NCBI GenBank assembly: GCA_963675755.2
Contig: CAXXMD010000003.1
Coordinates: forward strand, 2,944,001-3,008,000
Direction of reading: 5' to 3'
Origin: a bacterium
Lineage (GTDB): Bacteria > Zhuqueibacterota > Zhuqueibacteria > Residuimicrobiales > Krinioviventaceae
Length of the DNA stretch: 64,000 nt
Shown here: piece by piece, positions 59,392 through 64,000 of the stretch
How the letters are laid out: every line of letters starts with the position of its first letter
How positions within the stretch are numbered: the stretch's first letter is position 1
Notes under the pieces: generated by a model
Told to the model about the DNA's origin: nothing
What the model saw: the letters and a program-made list of their open reading frames with translations, nothing else
Databases searched by the model: none
Position numbers and translations under genes: made by a program

Positions 59392-61005
59392 ATGAGGTTA
59401 GAGTTGATACGAAATATGAAAAGTCATTTAATATTATATACTATATTGATACTGATTCTGGCAGCCCTGATCAATAATGCGCATGCCCAGCTCAAAGTAT
59501 TGGAACGCAACCCGAATTACCTGACATATAATGGAAAGCCTTTGTTGTTGGTATGTTCTGTGCCTCCTGACAATGATTTTCATGTTGAGGATTTCGATCT
59601 TACATATTTAGATAGAATGGCTGAATATGGTGCAAACCACGTTTGGATTATGATTGAGAATTTTACGCGTGAAAGATGGGATTATGCCATTAATACGCCA
59701 CAGGTTTTTTATGACAAAATGGAAGCGATAGTTGCAAAAGCAAATGAATATGATATTATAGTTGGTATCTCTCTTTTTGGATATGGACTGGTTAAATACC
59801 CTTACATGTATTCGTTCAATGCTGCATGTACCGGTGACTGTGATGAAGGTCCAGGCCCTTTGACTGATCCCTGGGATTTTTATGATATAACTAACAATTC
59901 GGCTGAAGTTATTGAAGCTCGTGAGGGCCAAAAGGCGATAATGAAACGTATCGTTGAAACAACGTGGGAATATCCTAATGTGTATTACAGTCCCGGTTGG
60001 GAATTGAATTGTATCTGGAATAGTAACGTTGCTCTTTGGTACAAATGGGTTGTTCAATATATGAAATCCGAAGGTGAAAAGGTTAATCCCGATTATACAC
60101 ACTTGTTTGCTCTTGAAAAGAGTGTTGATCCTATAGAGGCGTACAACCTGGGAGCAGATTTTATTATTGATGAAGATGGTAATTCTCAAAAAGTTGAGGG
60201 TATTCCATTTGTCTATTGGAGTATGGATGGAGTTTACCGTGGCGAAACATTCTGGAATAAAGATGATGAGCCTCAAGCCAATTTTGAATTTGCAAGAGAT
60301 GAATTTGTACGCGGTGCGGCTGGTATTGCTTCAATATGGAGCACCAGAGCTTATGAGGAAGAATACCTGAGTGCAATTGCATCCTGGGCATCTACAATTG
60401 AAAATTGGTCAGATGAACCGGGACAGGAAATTACCGACGCAGCAGTACCTACAACAATCGACGGGATAATGAATGATATTCCGGGTGACCCGGATGTGTT
60501 GGATTTTACAGATTTTAGTTTGTTTGAAATAACAGATATTACTTCTTCTACAGGCCACCCGTTTGAGGTAGATAGAGCGGTTTCTGTTGGAAATCTTTTT
60601 TATACTGACCGTGAATATGTAATAACTTATATTCCGCCTGATTTCAGAGGACTTGTTTGGTTAAAAACTCCCAATGATGATAAACGTATTTCAGCAGATC
60701 CATATCTTAGCTATCGGATTAATACTGAAGCTACCATTTTTGTTGGTTTTGATACAAGAATGCCAACCCCACCATCGTGGCTGGATGCCTGGACATCTAC
60801 AAATGAGTTTATTGTTGATGATACCGGTGTAGAATATGAATTGTTTCGTAAAGATTTTCCGGCAGGTGTAGTCGAGTTGGGATCAAATGATGGTATGGAA
60901 AGCAGCTGCAGTATGTATATTGTTCTGCACAAGCCTACAGGCGATATTGACCTTGTTGCACCAGGAATACCTTCAGGATTTACATTGACTCCTCTTTTTG
61001 ACTAA
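59392..61005 (+). CDS. Secreted acidic protein: putative clan GH-A TIM barrel plus C-terminal beta-sandwich
   Basis: Signal peptide (AHA/Q), Y..YNGKP.LL, YLD.M..YG.N, D......A....I.V.ISLF, YPNVYY..GWE. Start may be the second Met. Confidence 0.6.
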   Translation: MRLELIRNMKSHLILYTILILILAALINNAHAQLKVLERNPNYLTYNGKPLLLVCSVPPDNDFHVEDFDLTYLDRMAEYGANHVWIMIENFTRERWDYAINTPQVFYDKMEAIVAKANEYDIIVGISLFGYGLVKYPYMYSFNAACTGDCDEGPGPLTDPWDFYDITNNSAEVIEAREGQKAIMKRIVETTWEYPNVYYSPGWELNCIWNSNVALWYKWVVQYMKSEGEKVNPDYTHLFALEKSVDPIEAYNLGADFIIDEDGNSQKVEGIPFVYWSMDGVYRGETFWNKDDEPQANFEFARDEFVRGAAGIASIWSTRAYEEEYLSAIASWASTIENWSDEPGQEITDAAVPTTIDGIMNDIPGDPDVLDFTDFSLFEITDITSSTGHPFEVDRAVSVGNLFYTDREYVITYIPPDFRGLVWLKTPNDDKRISADPYLSYRINTEATIFVGFDTRMPTPPSWLDAWTSTNEFIVDDTGVEYELFRKDFPAGVVELGSNDGMESSCSMYIVLHKPTGDIDLVAPGIPSGFTLTPLFD

Positions 61006-61014
61006 AATTATTGA

Positions 61015-61051
61015 AAACCACTCTTTTTAATGTTTTTAAAAATAGTGGTTT
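61015..61051 (+). terminator. Hairpin / probable terminator
   Basis: AAACCACT-c-TTTTTAA-tgttt-TTAAAAA-t-AGTGGTTT. Confidence 0.55.
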
Positions 61052-61111
61052 AATTTTATTCAAAAAAATCTTACCTTTATCTAAAAGATAAATAATCAAT
61101 TAGGGATACGT

Positions 61112-62005
61112 ATGTTATCTCATATTCGAAATATATGGGAGAAAAACTGGCCTGAAATACATGCGGCATTGAAAAGAGGTATGCCGCAGTTTGTATTCTC
61201 TCCAAAACCCAAAGCTTTAGGCACAATGATTCCGGTTTTTTGTTATCATACTGTTGAGCAGGAACGGTTCCGTGGTGATCTGGCTTTTCTTGCTGAAAAT
61301 GGTTATGTTACCATAGATGTAAATACATTACAGTCTCATATTTCCGGAGTTGACCTTGCTCCTCAAAACAGTGTGGTAATTACTTTTGATGATGGCGCGC
61401 AAAATCTGTTTGATGTTGCTCTGCCATTGTTAAAAGAATTTGAGATGACTTCAATTGTTTTTATTGCCCCGGGATTGCATCCTGAAAAAGATGAAGCGCA
61501 AGCTCCGGTTCGTCCCCTAAGTTGGGAAACCATGCGAGTTATGCAGGATTCCGGACATTTTGATTTTCAATCACATACCCTTGAACATCGTTATGTGCCA
61601 CGTTGGCCTGAGTTAATTCCGCTTGCCGGAGCAGAGCCCGGATATGTGCAAAAGCGAGCCGGTAAAGCCCTTCCCATGGAAGACGATTTTAAACGTGCTA
61701 AAGAAATGATAGAAGAACATTTGCAAAAGCCTGCAACACATCTGGCATTCCCCAAGTTTTTTGGTACCACTGATGCTATCATGATGGGAAAACATATTGG
61801 TTATGAAGGCTTTTGGTGGGGTGCTTTACCTTACCGCCCCATGAATGCTTTTGGCAGTGGTTCTGAACATATTGTTCGTCTTGAAGCACAGTTCATAAGG
61901 CGTTTACCCGGAGATGGACGCGAATCACTGGCAACTGTTCTGTTGAGACGATACGCCTCAAGTTTAATACGTCTGTTAAATGTTTTTAAAGGGAAAAAGA
62001 AATGA
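61112..62005 (+). CDS. Polysaccharide deacetylase (CE4/NodB-like)
   Basis: CYH, ITFDDG, FQSHTLEH, LAFP. Confidence 0.85.
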   Translation: MLSHIRNIWEKNWPEIHAALKRGMPQFVFSPKPKALGTMIPVFCYHTVEQERFRGDLAFLAENGYVTIDVNTLQSHISGVDLAPQNSVVITFDDGAQNLFDVALPLLKEFEMTSIVFIAPGLHPEKDEAQAPVRPLSWETMRVMQDSGHFDFQSHTLEHRYVPRWPELIPLAGAEPGYVQKRAGKALPMEDDFKRAKEMIEEHLQKPATHLAFPKFFGTTDAIMMGKHIGYEGFWWGALPYRPMNAFGSGSEHIVRLEAQFIRRLPGDGRESLATVLLRRYASSLIRLLNVFKGKKK

Positions 62006-62463
62006 CTTTAAAACAGAAATGGACAGAAATAAAAAGATGGATGGCGGTTTATTGTCCACATCCGGCTTTAAGGACCTCCTTATTTCGCCAATGTGGAGTC
62101 AAGATTGGTGAACAGGTTGTGATCAATTTTGGTGTTAATATTATTATTCCGTTATCAGAAAAAGGAGTAAAGGATCACAATATTGTGATTGGAGACCGGG
62201 TTGCTATTGCTACAGGTGCTGTCATTGTTGGGCAGTCTGACCCCAATTTTTCTAAACTATCACGTCTTTACCCGGATGACAGCCGCCCAATCGTTATTGA
62301 AGATGATGTATGGATAGGCGCCAATGCTGTGATTTTACCTGGGGTTACTATTGGAACTCAATCCATTGTTGCTTCGGGTGCAGTTGTAAACCGGGATGTT
62401 CCTCCGTATACTGTTGTTGCCGGCGTGCCCGCCAAAAAAATTAAAGACATTCCCAAAGATTGA
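62002..62463 (+). CDS. Hexapeptide-repeat acyltransferase
   Basis: IEDDVWIGANAVILPGVTIG, VAGVPAK. Confidence 0.88.
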   Translation: MTLKQKWTEIKRWMAVYCPHPALRTSLFRQCGVKIGEQVVINFGVNIIIPLSEKGVKDHNIVIGDRVAIATGAVIVGQSDPNFSKLSRLYPDDSRPIVIEDDVWIGANAVILPGVTIGTQSIVASGAVVNRDVPPYTVVAGVPAKKIKDIPKD

Positions 62464-62476
62464 CCAAATAAATTAT

Positions 62477-63619
62477 ATGAATAACGAACAACTATTAAAA
62501 ATTAAAGTGGTTGACACCGATCAGGGGTTTCTTGATCTTGAAAAAGATTGGCAGGCCCTTGAAAAACATGTTCAGGATTTAACTGTTTTTCAAACCTGGG
62601 TATTTCAATATCATACTTGGAAAATTTTTGAAAATCAATCCCATTTACATATTTTGGCAATGTATAATCAAAACAATGAACTTGTTGGCTGTGCCCCTCT
62701 GGGATGGCAAAAACAGCAAGTAGGACCAAAATCCATCAAAACTCTTGGGTTTGCATGTTTAAAATATTGTGATTTTCAAAATATCATAGCCCATTCCGGG
62801 TATCAGGATGAGGTTACTCAACATTTCATACATTGGCTTGCAGAGAATCGTAAAAACTGGGATGATATTGAATTACGACTGGTACGTGAAGATTTTGTAT
62901 TGTATACAAAGCGTGACTTTTTTTCTCAAACCTTTGGTAATGATGTGAGCATCATAAGCGAAGGTATTGCTCCTTTTATTACCATTGACGAATCCTGGGA
63001 CGATTTTCAGAGTACCTTGTCCGGCAAACGAGCAAAATCAGTTCGGTATGAGATTCGCAACTTGTTTAGACAGTATGAGAGTGAATATGTCCATCATTCA
63101 AAGGGTGAAGAACTGTTGAGCGCGCTTGAACAGTTTATGGACTTGCACCAAAAACGAATTCACCAGAAATACCAGTTGGGAGCTTTTCCAACGCTGCAAA
63201 TTCGTCAAGGGTTTACAAACCTGATTAAAGCACTTGAAAAGTATGACTATGTTGATATTCATACAATACAGTCATCGGAAAAGACCATTGCCGCTATCGG
63301 AACCTTTACACATAACAATAAAGTCTCATATTTTCAGGGTGGCTTTGATCCCGATTACTTTAAACTGAGTCCCGGCAAAGTAGTATTGGCATTGAGAATA
63401 ACCGAAGCCATTCAACAGAAAAAGAGCGAATTTGATTTCCTGGTGGGGGATGAAGATTATAAATTTGCTTGGTCTACCGGGCAGCGTGAGATTTTTAAAA
63501 TTCACATCAAAACCGGCTCCTGGAAACAGGGATTATTTACCCAGATGAATGATTTAAAAACAAGGCTTCAGCAATCCGTCAGGTTCCGAAAGCTTTATTT
63601 TAAATTGACCGGTAAATAA
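62477..63619 (+). CDS. GNAT family (CelD/BcsL-like) acetyltransferase
   Basis: W..L..FQTW, GCAPL, Y.D, YFQGGFDP.Y...SPG, FDFL.GDE.YK..W. Start set at ATG 62477. Confidence 0.85.
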   Translation: MNNEQLLKIKVVDTDQGFLDLEKDWQALEKHVQDLTVFQTWVFQYHTWKIFENQSHLHILAMYNQNNELVGCAPLGWQKQQVGPKSIKTLGFACLKYCDFQNIIAHSGYQDEVTQHFIHWLAENRKNWDDIELRLVREDFVLYTKRDFFSQTFGNDVSIISEGIAPFITIDESWDDFQSTLSGKRAKSVRYEIRNLFRQYESEYVHHSKGEELLSALEQFMDLHQKRIHQKYQLGAFPTLQIRQGFTNLIKALEKYDYVDIHTIQSSEKTIAAIGTFTHNNKVSYFQGGFDPDYFKLSPGKVVLALRITEAIQQKKSEFDFLVGDEDYKFAWSTGQREIFKIHIKTGSWKQGLFTQMNDLKTRLQQSVRFRKLYFKLTGK

Positions 63620-63715
63620 ATAATATTATGCAAATATATATTGATTCTGTAGTAAATATATATTAACTTAACATCTTTTAAACATTAGAGCTTAACTAAA
63701 GTTGGACATTTGATT

Positions 63716-64000
63716 ATGAAAGAAGGTATTTCCGTTGTAATACCTGCATACAATGAACAAGATGGCATAGAACAGGTTGTAAATGATCTGAAAACAATTC
63801 TGGACCCTATTGACATCGAGTATGAAATTATTATTGTTGATGATGGCTCTGCTGACAAAACAGTAGAAAAAGCGCTGTCTACAGGTGTGACTGTAATTGA
63901 ACAATTAAAAAATCGCGGTTATGGCGCATCTTTAAAAATCGGTATACAGTATGCAAATTATGAGTTAATAGTCATTACTGATGCAGACAATACTTATCCT
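63716..64000 (+). CDS. Glycosyltransferase family 2 (polyprenol-P-sugar synthase-like), truncated by the window edge
   Basis: Read manually (absent from the ORF track): MKEGISVVIPAYNEQ..IIIVDDGSADKT..NRGYGASLK.G..ITDADNTYP. Confidence 0.9.
   Translation, partial: MKEGISVVIPAYNEQDGIEQVVNDLKTILDPIDIEYEIIIVDDGSADKTVEKALSTGVTVIEQLKNRGYGASLKIGIQYANYELIVITDADNTYP

Noticed and set aside
30818-60391. Long antisense ORFs (30818-31396, 56754-57371, 59608-60276 and others)
   Set aside because: They shadow well-supported genes on the opposite strand and contain no recognisable motifs.
1-64000. CRISPR array, rRNA, prophage, integron or tRNA-linked island
   Set aside because: No regularly spaced repeats, cas, integrase, transposase or phage genes seen; tRNA-Gln sits in its usual ispE-prs context.

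Overview
AT-rich, gene-dense chromosomal window from a diderm bacterium (lpxH, lgt, outer-membrane barrels). Protein styles suggest an FCB-superphylum lineage such as KSB1 or Calditrichota; this is inference only. Housekeeping blocks: rmuC/HK/DUF58/moxR; rlmN; ispE-tRNA-Gln-prs-rplY-pth-rpsF-ssb-rpsR-rplI; tsaD; lpxH-mreCD-mrdA-rodA-lgt; glgA. A sigma54-promoted, Wza/Wzc-type exopolysaccharide locus of about 22 kb runs off the right edge. The standout is an 8-gene minus-strand operon at 12.7-21.7 kb: OM barrel, two TPR proteins, GltF-like, MotA/ExbB, two ExbD, and an FHA-TM-TonB_C protein. It matches the core of the myxobacterial Agl-Glt/Nfs trans-envelope motor, but one stator subunit has Asn in place of the proton-carrying Asp, and three frameshifts cluster within about 560 bp. 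It converges on a Nal1-like protease / PrsK-like kinase / sigma54 activator operon that may drive the two -24/-12 promoters in the EPS locus. Other oddities: a lone BMC shell gene, a STAS-HTH fusion heading the EPS operon, and a TWGSIK-tailed secreted protein. No CRISPR array, rRNA or intact mobile element was seen. All calls are motif recognition by eye; no searches were run.
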